A stretch of DNA of 64,000 nt from Oikopleura dioica (taxonomy: Eukaryota; Animalia; Chordata): contig OU015567.1 of NCBI GenBank assembly GCA_907165135.1, positions 15,500,001-15,564,000 of the forward strand. Direction: 5' to 3'. The stretch's first letter is position 1. Every line of letters begins with the position of its first letter. The position numbers were made by a program, and so were the translations under genes. Below are positions 50,201-61,822 of this stretch, one piece after another. The notes below the pieces were generated by a model. The model saw only the letters and a list, made by a program, of their open reading frames with translations. It did not search any database and was not told the origin of the DNA.

Positions 50201-50762
50201 TTCTGTACATCTTAATAAAAATTTCGATGGATTTTTAAGAAATGAATTCTTTCATATACGCGATTCTCATCAACGAAAATTAACTTTTAGGGAGTTGCCA
50301 GTCGCCAATGATTGTCAAACTATATTTCATTTATTTTCAATTTTAGATAACTCAAAAAGATTTTCAATTATTCATTCTTTTAAATTGATTTTTATTTAAC
50401 CAAGACTCTTCGTAGATTTCAAAGCGCTATTGATCAAAAGAACATGAATTCAAGCTGAAGACACTCAGTCTTATTTACAGTCCATTTTTCGCAAGATTTC
50501 AAGGAAATATCGGCAACTCATTTATGAAGCTAAGCAATGTGAGTATTTTGAAAAGAAGAAAAAAAAATAGAAATTCACAGAAAAATTTTCCTGTTCAAAC
50601 CCCTTACGCCAATAAAAGTCCAGAGCATTCCATTTCTCATGCATAATTCATGCGAAAAACAACTGCCGCTGCTGGTTTCGTTCTGCATAAAACGGTCGTT
50701 ACACCCCGCTAAGTCTCAATCTTCTACAAAATTTCAGGAAAAAAGTCTAAATTAACTAAAAA

Positions 50763-51020
50763 ATGAAAATTTTCATCGCTCTCGCATTTTTTAGTGGTTC
50801 AATTTCCGCCAGATCCAGCGGCGCTCCAGGATACACTCCAATTCTGCAAAATTTGAAGCCAGGAGGACCTCATGCTAGATTGTGGACGACCAAGTAAGAT
50901 AGATTAAGATTTAAATCAAGCTTCTTCGAGATTTTTACATGAAAGATTCACAATTTTGTTTACAGAGAAGAATTTGGGCCTGCCCATCACCACATCAGCT
51001 CGCGGGCCTTACGGATGTAA
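50763..51020 (+). CDS. Small secreted peptide precursor (2 exons, ~62 aa)
   Basis: MKIFIALAFFSGSISARSSGAPGYTPILQNLKPGGPHARLWTTK|EEFGPAHHHISSRALRM*; donor aa|gtaag and acceptor tacag| keep the frame. Confidence 0.45.
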
Positions 51021-51925
51021 TAACGTGAAATTTTTTAAGTTTTATCAAGTAGAAAAAAAATTTGTAATAGATGAAGAAAGTGTTATTTTCTTTAAAATCG
51101 TCATTTTTCACCCAATTTGAACTTTAATTTTCGAAAAAATCACAACTATTCTCAATTATTGTCAATTTATTAGAAGAATATTTTGTTTAAACAATTTCTC
51201 GCAGCAGAAATCATGTTTATATCGGTTTAAGTACAGAAAATCAAATTTCAAAAATTCGATAAATCAAAAATTCCCGACTTAAAATCGGTTTTTTCTTAAG
51301 TTAAGATGATCCAATCAAAAAATGTTAGGAAAAAAATGTTCCTTTTTTATCGAGGAATTCAAAAATAAAATCAAAATTTCGAAAAATCGAAAATATTCTC
51401 GACCACAACCCCCTTAACAATAAATGTCAACACCAAAATATCATCATCATTTAGACGGGCACTTTTGCAAAATGATAGAACCGCCCGTCGAAATTTCTAT
51501 CAGTTTTTAAATTTCATGTCTCACAGACTCAGTACACAACATTTTTTTTTCTCTAGACGCTAAAATTTCGTTTAAAAATTTCCATTCTCAATCTTTAGTG
51601 TGCCGCAAAGCCTCTTGTTGTGTGAATTTCTTGTTCCCAATTTTACTGTCAAATTAAGTACTGAAGATGGTCTCATGACCCAAAGCTTTACTACAAAATA
51701 ATCCAAAAGTAATTTGTGGTTTATTTCTGAGCTTTCGAGCTTAACTGCTCATTATCAAAGAAGAGGTTGACAGGCTACGAATTCAAATTTAGCTTAGATA
51801 TAAGTAGAAATCAAGAACCTGAATTTTAACGGCAAAACGTTTCTCTCAGCAAGTGAGGATTGTGAACAGACATGAAAACAAGGAATAAAGTTATCTAGAG
51901 AATATTTCGCTTTAAGCGTGATTAA

Positions 51926-52612
51926 GGGTACCTAGGTCGAGTTTGGGTACCCCCTTAAACCATTTTCTGACCAAAGAATCGAATTCTTCAGGTTCTAAGG
52001 AACAAAAAACTCTATAATGACCCTATGGCTATCTAAACGTTTTCACGGTCAAAAACCACTGTAAAGTATAAAATCTATAGGAAATGCTAGTGCCTCAAAT
52101 TTTTACGAAAAATTTTCCACCTCCAATTTTGCTGATTAAGGGCTTAAATAAAAGCTTATGGCCTGGTTAACATCGTAGTGAAGCTTAAAATTGCCCAAGA
52201 AAATTAAATTCTGTTCAAAACCGGGGAAAATGGAAGCTTACCAAGCAAAAATGCGGAATTTGTGAAGACTAGACCAAACTTTTGAAAATTTTCTTAAAAA
52301 AAATCTTTGAAATCCAAATATCTGCTCTGTCACGATTGTAAAGGAGGCTTTAGACTTTATGTATCCAAAAAGAAAAAAAATGTTTGTATGAAAATTTTCG
52401 CCTGAATTTAGCGTCCAAGTTGGCCATTTTAGGCCGAGACGCCAACTTTGAGGGTATTTTTTCTGAAAAAAATTTTCGATATCGAAAAAACTGCTCTGTT
52501 ACGATCCGAGATCTAGGATAGATCTGTTGAATGAGCTATTAAGGAGCTTTTTTCGTTAAGAATTAAGGGTAGTAATTAACCCTCAAAGATGGCCATCTCG
52601 ACCCAGGTACCC
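51926..52612. mobile_element. TTAA-flanked non-autonomous element (GGGTACC termini; Kolobok-like by TTAA + RR ends); mirror copy 56124-56809
   Basis: TTAA|gggtacctaggtcgag ... ctcgacccaggtaccc|TTAA. Confidence 0.75.
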
Positions 52613-52943
52613 TTAAGGGTGATAAATTCATTTGGAGCTCAACTTATCACGCTTAAAGCGAAATATTCTCTAGATAACTTTATTCCTTGTTTTCATGTCT
52701 GTTCACAATCCTCACTTGCTGAGAGAAACGTTTTGCCGTTAAAATTCAGGTTCTTGATTTCTACTTATATCTAAGCTAAATTTGAATTCGTAGCCTGTCA
52801 ACCTCTTCTTTGATAATGAGCAGTTAAGCTCGAAAGCTCAGAAATAAACCACAAACTTCATTCAAATGACGTCGACAATATCATATGTTTAATCCAAAAG
52901 TAGTAGCTTTTATTTAGTTTATTTCGCTAAAGCTTAGCTAATT

Positions 52944-53207
52944 TCATAAATCAACCCCTTTCCAAGTTTTCGAAGCAGCGCGACTTCGGATTCTGCATCT
53001 TCTTCTTGCTCTTCGTTCATGAAACCGATTCCCTTGAGCATTTTCAGCTCGTTGTCTAATAAAGATTACGTAATAACCCCTTCCAGATTTTTCCTTACCA
53101 TTTTGAGTATATTTGACGAGAAAGTAAATCTTCCCATCTCTTGGCTTTTTCAGTTCTCTGATTGCCCTGTAGCGCTCGATGATCATTTTACCTTCCATTT
53201 TTATCAA
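52944..53207 (-). pseudogene. 5' fragment of a kinase paralogous to 47735-50200 (copy 1 of 3)
   Basis: MIIERYRAIRELKKPRDGKIYF..|NELKMLKGIGFMNEEQEEDAESEVALLRKL aligns with HGHYRVLRKLKEDREGKIYF..NELRMLKGIGLLGEKEEHDANLEINLLRQL; no downstream kinase exons found. Confidence 0.65.
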
Positions 53208-53628
53208 AATTTGACTTTGCAGAATAAGAAGAGAATTTGCAGCGCTGCCAGCTTATATGTTTGCAAAGATTGCCTTCTTCAAATTATGTAAATATTGCTA
53301 GGAATAACGGTCGTAACAACCTACAACTGTATTTGCTTTGCCTATTTACTGGACATCTCGAAAGAATACGGGCAGAAAGGTTTATCAGCGCAAGTAAAAG
53401 TTTCTCTGAATCAGAACTTGTTCGCTTCATTATCTTTCAAACCTATCTTTAAATACTGGCTTAGCCGCCTCGCGGCTTCGTTTAAAAAAAAGGCGCTTAG
53501 CGGGAATCTAAAATTACAGACAACGGATAATCACTTAACTTCCTTTCACCTTTTAATTTTTTTTTGTTTCTTAAAAAATCAAATAAATGAGTTTATTTTT
53601 CATTTAAATGCTCCGCACAATTGTCAAA

Positions 53629-53765
53629 TTAAAGATTTCGATGATAACATGATGGTTCTCCTTCCTTCTCGTTCCAGCAGCATAGCTGTAAAGCATCACA
53701 TTCGTCTTCTGTCGTCGGCCCGCAATCAACTCGTTCTTCATTTGCTGAGCAGCCAAAAGGTGCAT
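53629..53765 (-). CDS. Trefoil (P-type) domain terminal exon (copy 1 of 3)
   Basis: APFGCSANEERVDCGPTTEDECDALQLCCWNEKEGEPSCYHRNL* fits C-x-R-x-DCG-x-C-x-CCW-x-CY; preceded by acceptor tttataag|. Confidence 0.7.
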
Positions 53766-53994
53766 CTTATAAAGAGATTATAGTTTTTTTTTTCGAAGAA
53801 CGGATGTTTAAACATCAGAAAATCAGAGTTTTTTTCTTTGAAAGAAATTTTTTTCCGATGGGCGATTTTTTTTGAAGCCAGATTTGGATTCGTCATCGAA
53901 AAAGAGTCCGATCAGTTGGGGTCCATTTAAAATATCGGACACCGAAAGAATGAGTAATCAGACTTCAAAGGGGCTTTGTGCAATATGCGTTTAA

Positions 53995-54741
53995 GGGACC
54001 CGGTTAGGTAACGCCAAGCTCAACTTCACGCGCCCGCCGTTACTCTTGTGAATAAGATTTTTCAGAAGTTCTTTTTGCTAACGATATTTACAGATCTTCA
54101 GCTTTCTCATCCACTTCTCAGTTTTTTTCTATCATCACTCGTTCAAGAGCAAGGTCAAAAAGAGGGAGCGCAACTTCAAAAAGTTTCATCGCCTGCAATC
54201 ATTTTTCAATCTTCATGAAACCTGCACCATCGAAAAGCCCATTAAATTCTGTACAAATCTTACCTATTGCGCAAAAATGAAACAGTACTAATTGCGGATT
54301 AATGGCTGATAAACCAGAGAACTTAGCGCGCTCAGCATGCTGCGGTGCGGCAGGACGCTCCGAGATAGCTATTTTGGGCACCCGGGACATGATTCCCGCT
54401 GGGCGCGCGCTAAGAAGTTTTGCTTATCTGATCTGTATCGCTAATAAGTACAGATTCAGTTTTGCGCCATCGGTAAGATTTGTACAAAATTTAATGGGCT
54501 TTTCGATGGTGCAGGTTTCATGAAGATTGAAAAATGATTGCAGGCGCTGAAACTCTTTGAAGTTGCGCTCCCTCTTTTTGACCTTGCTCTTGAACGAGTG
54601 ATGATAGAAAAAAACTGAGAAGTGGATGAGAAAGCTGAAGATCTGTAAATATCGTTAGCAAAAAGAACTTCTGAAAAATCTTATTCACAAGAGTAACGGC
54701 GGGCGCGTGAAGTTGAGCTTGGCGTTACCTAACCGGGTCCC
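53995..54741. mobile_element. TTAA-flanked foldback element (GGGACCC termini, ~300-bp TIR) at the palindrome centre
   Basis: TTAA|gggacccggttaggtaacgcc ... ggcgttacctaaccgggtccc|TTAA; 747 bp. Confidence 0.85.
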
Positions 54742-54970
54742 TTAAACGCATATTGCACAAAGCCCCTTTGAAGTCTGATTACTCATTCTTTCGGTGTCCG
54801 ATATTTTAAATGGACCCCAACTGATCGGACTCTTTTTCGATGACGAATCCAAATCTGGCTTCAAAAAAAATCGCCCATCGGAAAAAAATTTCTTTCAAAG
54901 AAAAAAACTCTGATTTTCTGATGTTTAAACATCCGTTCTTCGAAAAAAAAAACTATAATCTCTTTATAAG

Positions 54971-55107
54971 ATGCACCTTTTGGCTGCTCAGCAAATGAAG
55001 AACGAGTTGATTGCGGGCCGACGACAGAAGACGAATGTGATGCTTTACAGCTATGCTGCTGGAACGAGAAGGAAGGAGAACCATCATGTTATCATCGAAA
55101 TCTTTAA
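54971..55107 (+). CDS. Trefoil domain exon (inverted copy 2)
   Basis: Mirror of 53629-53765. Confidence 0.7.
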
Positions 55108-55528
55108 TTTGACAATTGTGCGGAGCATTTAAATGAAAAATAAACTCATTTATTTGATTTTTTAAGAAACAAAAAAAAATTAAAAGGTGAAAGGAAGTTA
55201 AGTGATTATCCGTTGTCTGTAATTTTAGATTCCCGCTAAGCGCCTTTTTTTTAAACGAAGCCGCGAGGCGGCTAAGCCAGTATTTAAAGATAGGTTTGAA
55301 AGATAATGAAGCGAACAAGTTCTGATTCAGAGAAACTTTTACTTGCGCTGATAAACCTTTCTGCCCGTATTCTTTCGAGATGTCCAGTAAATAGGCAAAG
55401 CAAATACAGTTGTAGGTTGTTACGACCGTTATTCCTAGCAATATTTACATAATTTGAAGAAGGCAATCTTTGCAAACATATAAGCTGGCAGCGCTGCAAA
55501 TTCTCTTCTTATTCTGCAAAGTCAAATT

Positions 55529-55792
55529 TTGATAAAAATGGAAGGTAAAATGATCATCGAGCGCTACAGGGCAATCAGAGAACTGAAAAAGCCAAGAGAT
55601 GGGAAGATTTACTTTCTCGTCAAATATACTCAAAATGGTAAGGAAAAATCTGGAAGGGGTTATTACGTAATCTTTATTAGACAACGAGCTGAAAATGCTC
55701 AAGGGAATCGGTTTCATGAACGAAGAGCAAGAAGAAGATGCAGAATCCGAAGTCGCGCTGCTTCGAAAACTTGGAAAGGGGTTGATTTATGA
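55529..55792 (+). pseudogene. Kinase 5' fragment (inverted copy 2)
   Basis: Mirror of 52944-53207. Confidence 0.65.
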
Positions 55793-57110
55793 AATTAGCT
55801 AAGCTTTAGCGAAATAAACTAAATAAAAGCTACTACTTTTGGATTAAACATATGATATTGTCGACGTCATTTGAATGAAGTTTGTGGTTTATTTCTGAGC
55901 TTTCGAGCTTAACTGCTCATTATCAAAGAAGAGGTTGACAGGCTACGAATTCAAATTTAGCTTAGATATAAGTAGAAATCAAGAACCTGAATTTTAACGG
56001 CAAAACGTTTCTCTCAGCAAGTGAGGATTGTGAACAGACATGAAAACAAGGAATAAAGTTATCTAGAGAATATTTCGCTTTAAGCGTGATAAGTTGAGCT
56101 CCAAATGAATTTATCACCCTTAAGGGTACCTGGGTCGAGATGGCCATCTTTGAGGGTTAATTACTACCCTTAATTCTTAACGAAAAAAGCTCCTTAATAG
56201 CTCATTCAACAGATCTATCCTAGATCTCGGATCGTAACAGAGCAGTTTTTTCGATATCGAAAATTTTTTTCAGAAAAAATACCCTCAAAGTTGGCGTCTC
56301 GGCCTAAAATGGCCAACTTGGACGCTAAATTCAGGCGAAAATTTTCATACAAACATTTTTTTTCTTTTTGGATACATAAAGTCTAAAGCCTCCTTTACAA
56401 TCGTGACAGAGCAGATATTTGGATTTCAAAGATTTTTTTAAGAAAATTTTCAAAAGTTTGGTCTAGTCTTCACAAATTCCGCATTTTTGCTTGGTAAGCT
56501 TCCATTTTCCCCGGTTTTGAACAGAATTTAATTTTCTTGGGCAATTTTAAGCTTCACTACGATGTTAACCAGGCCATAAGCTTTTATTTAAGCCCTTAAT
56601 CAGCAAAATTGGAGGTGGAAAATTTTTCGTAAAAATTTGAGGCACTAGCATTTCCTATAGATTTTATACTTTACAGTGGTTTTTGACCGTGAAAACGTTT
56701 AGATAGCCATAGGGTCATTATAGAGTTTTTTGTTCCTTAGAACCTGAAGAATTCGATTCTTTGGTCAGAAAATGGTTTAAGGGGGTACCCAAACTCGACC
56801 TAGGTACCCTTAATCACGCTTAAAGCGAAATATTCTCTAGATAACTTTATTCCTTGTTTTCATGTCTGTTCACAATCCTCACTTGCTGAGAGAAACGTTT
56901 TGCCGTTAAAATTCAGGTTCTTGATTTCTACTTATATCTAAGCTAAATTTGAATTCGTAGCCTGTCAACCTCTTCTTTGATAATGAGCAGTTAAGCTCGA
57001 AAGCTCAGAAATAAACCACAAACTTCATTCAAATGACGTCGACAATATCATATGTTTAATCCAAAAGTAGTAGCTTTTATTTAGTTTATTTCGCTAAAGC
57101 TTAGCTAATT

Positions 57111-57374
57111 TCATAAATCAACCCCTTTCCAAGTTTTCGAAGCAGCGCGACTTCGGATTCTGCATCTTCTTCTTGCTCTTCGTTCATGAAACCGATTCCC
57201 TTGAGCATTTTCAGCTCGTTGTCTAATAAAGATTACGTAATAACCCCTTCCAGATTTTTCCTTACCATTTTGAGTATATTTGACGAGAAAGTAAATCTTC
57301 CCATCTCTTGGCTTTTTCAGTTCTCTGATTGCCCTGTAGCGCTCGATGATCATTTTACCTTCCATTTTTATCAA
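57111..57374 (-). pseudogene. Kinase 5' fragment (copy 3)
   Basis: Direct copy of 52944-53207. Confidence 0.65.
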
Positions 57375-57795
57375 AATTTGACTTTGCAGAATAAGAAGAG
57401 AATTTGCAGCGCTGCCAGCTTATATGTTTGCAAAGATTGCCTTCTTCAAATTATGTAAATATTGCTAGGAATAACGGTCGTAACAACCTACAACTGTATT
57501 TGCTTTGCCTATTTACTGGACATCTCGAAAGAATACGGGCAGAAAGGTTTATCAGCGCAAGTAAAAGTTTCTCTGAATCAGAACTTGTTCGCTTCATTAT
57601 CTTTCAAACCTATCTTTAAATACTGGCTTAGCCGCCTCGCGGCTTCGTTTAAAAAAAAGGCGCTTAGCGGGAATCTAAAATTACAGACAACGGATAATCA
57701 CTTAACTTCCTTTCACCTTTTAATTTTTTTTTGTTTCTTAAAAAATCAAATAAATGAGTTTATTTTTCATTTAAATGCTCCGCACAATTGTCAAA

Positions 57796-57932
57796 TTAAA
57801 GATTTCGATGATAACATGATGGTTCTCCTTCCTTCTCGTTCCAGCAGCATAGCTGTAAAGCATCACATTCGTCTTCTGTCGTCGGCCCGCAATCAACTCG
57901 TTCTTCATTTGCTGAGCAGCCAAAAGGTGCAT
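57796..57932 (-). CDS. Trefoil domain exon (copy 3)
   Basis: Direct copy of 53629-53765. Confidence 0.7.
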
Positions 57933-58163
57933 CTTATAAAGAGATTATAGTTTTTTTTTTCGAAGAACGGATGTTTAAACATCAGAAAATCAGAGTTTTT
58001 TTCTTTGAAAGAAATTTTTTTCCGATGGGCGATTTTTTTTTTGAAGCCAGATTTGGATTCGTCATCGAAAAAGAGTCCGATCAGTTGGGGTCCATTTAAA
58101 ATATCGGACACCGAAAGAATGAGTAATCAGACTTCAAAGGGGCTTTGTGCAATATGCGTTTAA

Positions 58164-58907
58164 GGGACCCGGTTAGGTAACGCCAAGCTCAACTTCACGC
58201 GCCCGCCGTTACTCTTGTGAATAAGATTTTTCAGAAGTTCTTTTTGCTAACGATATTTACAGATCTTCAGCTTTCTCATCCACTTCTCAGTTTTTTTCTA
58301 TCATCACTCGTTCAAGAGCAAGGTCAAAAGAGGAGCGCAACTTCAAAAGTTTCATCGCCTGCAATCATTTTTCAATCTTCATGAAACCTGCACCATCGAA
58401 AAGCCCATTAAATTCTGTACAAATCTTACCTATTGCGCAAAAATGAAACAGTACTAATTGCGGATTAATGGCTGATAAACCAGAGAACTTAGCGCGCTCA
58501 GCATGCTGCGGTGCGGCAGGACGCTCCGAGATAGCTATTTTGGGCACCCGGGACATGATTCCCGCTGGGCGCGCGCTAAGAAGTTTTGCTTATCTGATCT
58601 GTATCGCTAATAAGTACAGATTCAGTTTTGCGCCATCGGTAAGATTTGTACAAAATTTAATGGGCTTTTCGATGGTGCAGGTTTCATGAAGATTGAAAAA
58701 TGATTGCAGGCGCTGAAACTCTTTGAAGTTGCGCTCCCTCTTTTTGACCTTGCTCTTGAACGAGTGATGGTAGAGAAAAACTGAGAAGTGGATGAGAAAG
58801 CTAAAGATCTGTAGATATCGTTAGCACAAAGAATTTCTGAAAAATCTTAGTCACAAGAGTAACGGCGGGCGCGTGAAGTTGAGCTTGGCGTTGCCTAACC
58901 GGGTCCC
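58164..58907. mobile_element. Second copy of the GGGACCC foldback element, with imperfect (ancestral-looking) right TIR
   Basis: TTAA at 58160-58163 and 58908-58911; the right arm carries ~8 mismatches to the left arm that are absent from copy 53995-54741. Confidence 0.85.
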
Positions 58908-59907
58908 TTAAGCGTCAATTACAAAATGAATTTCGCCCTTAGAAAAGCGATACCAGTTATCTTTAAATTCAATGGATTGAAGGTCACAATAATAATATTA
59001 ACGATACAACTTACAACTATCTGTTGAAAAATATATTGATGCAACGTCAATCGACAAATTCGGCATATCATAAGCACTAAAGAATTATTTTAAAAATGAT
59101 ATATCTTTAAACATACGTAAAACCGTCTCCTTTGTATGGTCCTTTGCCCAAACTCCAATCTGCTATATTGTGGCTGCGATGATACTCGAGGTTGCCGTAT
59201 CCAGTTTGAGCGCGACTTAAAATTATGTTTCAATGAGAACAGAAATCCAAAGCAATTGTTTGCTTGCATTGTGAGCGAACTAATTCTTCACTCAGAGGGT
59301 GATATGGAGAGCTTAATTTTACCAAGTGTAAATCTCGGCTGGTAACTGATTTTTACTTAGAAGTTAGCACATTTGCGGGAACAAGTGTAGAAAATTCTAT
59401 TTTACTAATAAGAACTTGTTGCTGAAATAAAAGAATAAATGGTTTTAATCAATAAAATATTTTTTATTCAATTCGAGATCAATGACTTGCCAAATTTATC
59501 GTTTACTTACAAAGAATGGCCGCCAATATATGGGTTGTCAATATGAATATGCAAGGCAAAATCAACCGGGGTAAGGGGATTATTCTTTTCTGAAACCATC
59601 CAAAACAGTTCTCCTTCAACACCAACCATCACGCCATTGTCTGCGTTTGCTGAACCAAAAGCCATACTTGTTCTTGGAGCAACGGTCATTCCAGCGTTCA
59701 CGTACAGCTTCCCATGAGAATATGATCGTGCACCAAAGATAAGAGTACGATCAGGCGAGTTATTTGTTACTGTCACAAAGTATGCTCGACTTTTACTCCT
59801 ACAAGTATTCCAATCATGGATGATTTGATCGATTGAAACAAATTTCCCCGGAGCTGAATCCAATTTCGATTGGTCGTTATGTAGAGTGTTTAAAAACTCA
59901 GTGACGT
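58908..59907 (-). CDS. Actinoporin/aegerolysin(Cry34)-like beta-sandwich cytolysin-like protein (first exon not located)
   Basis: Exons 59907-59511, 59215-59117, 59076-59015 and ~58960-58908 splice in phase: ..VSIDQIIHDWNTCRSKSRAYFVTVTNNS..GVMVGVEGELFW..HIDNPYIGGHSFRAQTGYGN..GKGPYKGDGFT..GEIHFVIDA*. Confidence 0.6.
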
Positions 59908-60674
59908 CTAAATTTAATGTTTAAAAAGCAGTCTTGGTCAGCTTTATAAAATTACTGAACTGAAATTACTGAAATTACTGAAATTTACTGGTCAAAAAAT
60001 TAATTTTAATTGACAGAATTGTTCTATGGAATCAGGCGCGGAGCGCATATTACTCTTCAATTTCGTTCTTTTCAAAATGATGGTACAAAAGTGTGAACCG
60101 GGTTCACAATTAGGAACCTCGCCGCCCTACACCCACAATTTTTGTTGATTTTGGGTTATTATTACCGCTCAAATGAAAATGATTGATCGTTACCTTCTGA
60201 AAATTCAAAAAGTATTTTTCTTCAAATAAGAAAATTTTTAAATAAAGAAATGGAGGAAGAACCAACAAAAGGGAGTAAAAAGATAGGAAGTGACAAAAAA
60301 GAAAGTGATATTTTTGGGAAGGGTTTTCATAAGCCGGTGGGCCAAATGCTGTAATCTAATTGGTCTTGGGAAAAATTAACAAGAAATATCATTGCTAAGT
60401 TTATTTTTCTTATGAAATTAAAAAAATTTGATTTCTTTCAACAAAAGTCGGTCAAAATTTTTCGAAAATAAATTTTAACTTAAACTTCGAAGAAATTCGC
60501 AAATATCGTCAAATTTTGCATTTTTACTATTAAAAATTTTTTGATGAAAATTTCGTAGAAAAATATAGTAATTATCGGTTTGATTGCAAAAATCAAATTT
60601 TTATTCGATAATCTTGCATTCTCGATTAAAATGCTCGACAAATCCCAACTATGAGCCCTGCAAAACAACCATTC

Positions 60675-61500
60675 CTAATTTTTGGACTCGTTCTCTCTTA
60701 CGCCTGAATTTTCTTGCTTACCTTTTGGTGTAATTGGCGGAATGTAATCAGAAGCTCCGAGTAAACTTTGACCAAGTGATTCATCTAGATGTTTGCAATC
60801 ACCATAGTCATTCACGTGCGAAGGTTTCGTGCAACCGTTTTGAGTATAATTGAGACCTTCTTTTACAGGACACGTTCCTGTGTTAGCAGCGCAATTCTCA
60901 TCCTTAGCAACGCACAATTTTATCTTACATGACACTTTTTCTTTCTGACTGATAGATCGTGAATCAGACGAAAAAGTATTAAATGTAAAGCTCGCTCGTT
61001 TCGTTGCCTTGTGATTGTGATATGGGCCAATTTTTTTGATATTCAAAGCACTTGAATAACAGTTATCTTTGATTATCTCCACAGACGTTGCATGATTGTC
61101 ATAAATATCAACAGAGCAATCTGTAATGAAGTAATCAATCAGGTTTTGAGACAAATCCCATGTTATATCAGCCCAAACTTGTGATCCAATATAAGTTTTC
61201 GTATCCAATTTTTTGTTCGTTTTTGGTCGGCAAAAAGATTTAAAGAAAAACCCGCTGTTAAATCTCCAGAAGCAGAAAGTTGACCCTCTGTGAGAATATC
61301 CGTGACGTTAAAAAATTACTCGAAACCTTGATTTCAGACGCATATCTACATGACGCCTTCAACACTGAAGTTTGAGCACTATATATTTTCATTTTTTCTA
61401 TGATGACTGTTGGATTATTAATTTCAAGATTAAAGCTAATTTCGCCGTTGATTTCGGAGGCTGCTGTCATTCTACAATCTCCAAGCTTGCAATCCATAAC
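60675..61500 (-). CDS. Zona pellucida (ZP) domain protein, multi-exon, 5' part unresolved
   Basis: KASCRYASEIKV; YIGSQVWADITW; YFITDCSV; IIKDNCYS; ASFTFNTFS; VSCKIKLC..NC...CP Cys pattern of the ZP-C subdomain. Confidence 0.7.
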
Positions 61501-61822
61501 ATATTGTCCATCTTCATATTTTGCAAAAGGAAATGAATAAGCCGCAGTTACCTAGGGCCAGCAGACATCAATGAAAGCGAAGGCACTGAGTATGGTCCGA
61601 ATGGTCCGAGTGGTCCAGCCAAAAAAATGAAAATAAAAAACAAAATCTGTTGTAGACAAAATAATTACTGGTTAAATATCGCGAATAAGACAGTAATTTA
61701 AGCTTACCCATACAATAAGGCGTCAAAAACCTAACAAAAGGGAAAGTTTTTAGTCGAAAAATCATTTGTCTCCACTCATTTTACGAATTCAAAGCTTTAA
61801 TCCCTATACGGTATAGGCTATA

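Larger units (their letters stand above)
52646..54741 (+). repeat. Segment repeated directly at 56813-58907 and inverted in between
   Basis: Identical ORFs offset by 4167 nt (e.g. 52944 vs 57111; 53295 vs 57462). Confidence 0.92.
51713..57022. repeat. ~5.3-kb near-perfect palindrome centred at ~54368
   Basis: Mirror ORF pairs sum to 108736 (52944/55792, 53207/55529, 52589/56147) with identical translations; the arms match by eye out to 51713/57022. Confidence 0.92.

Noticed and set aside
53295-53783. 162-aa ORF present three times (53295, 54953, 57462)
   Set aside because: Hydrophobic low-information translation of AT-rich DNA antisense to the trefoil exon; its recurrence is explained by the triplication.
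54199-54523. Overlapping ORFs in the spacer of the foldback element
   Set aside because: Short, no DDE or other transposase motif; part of a non-autonomous element.
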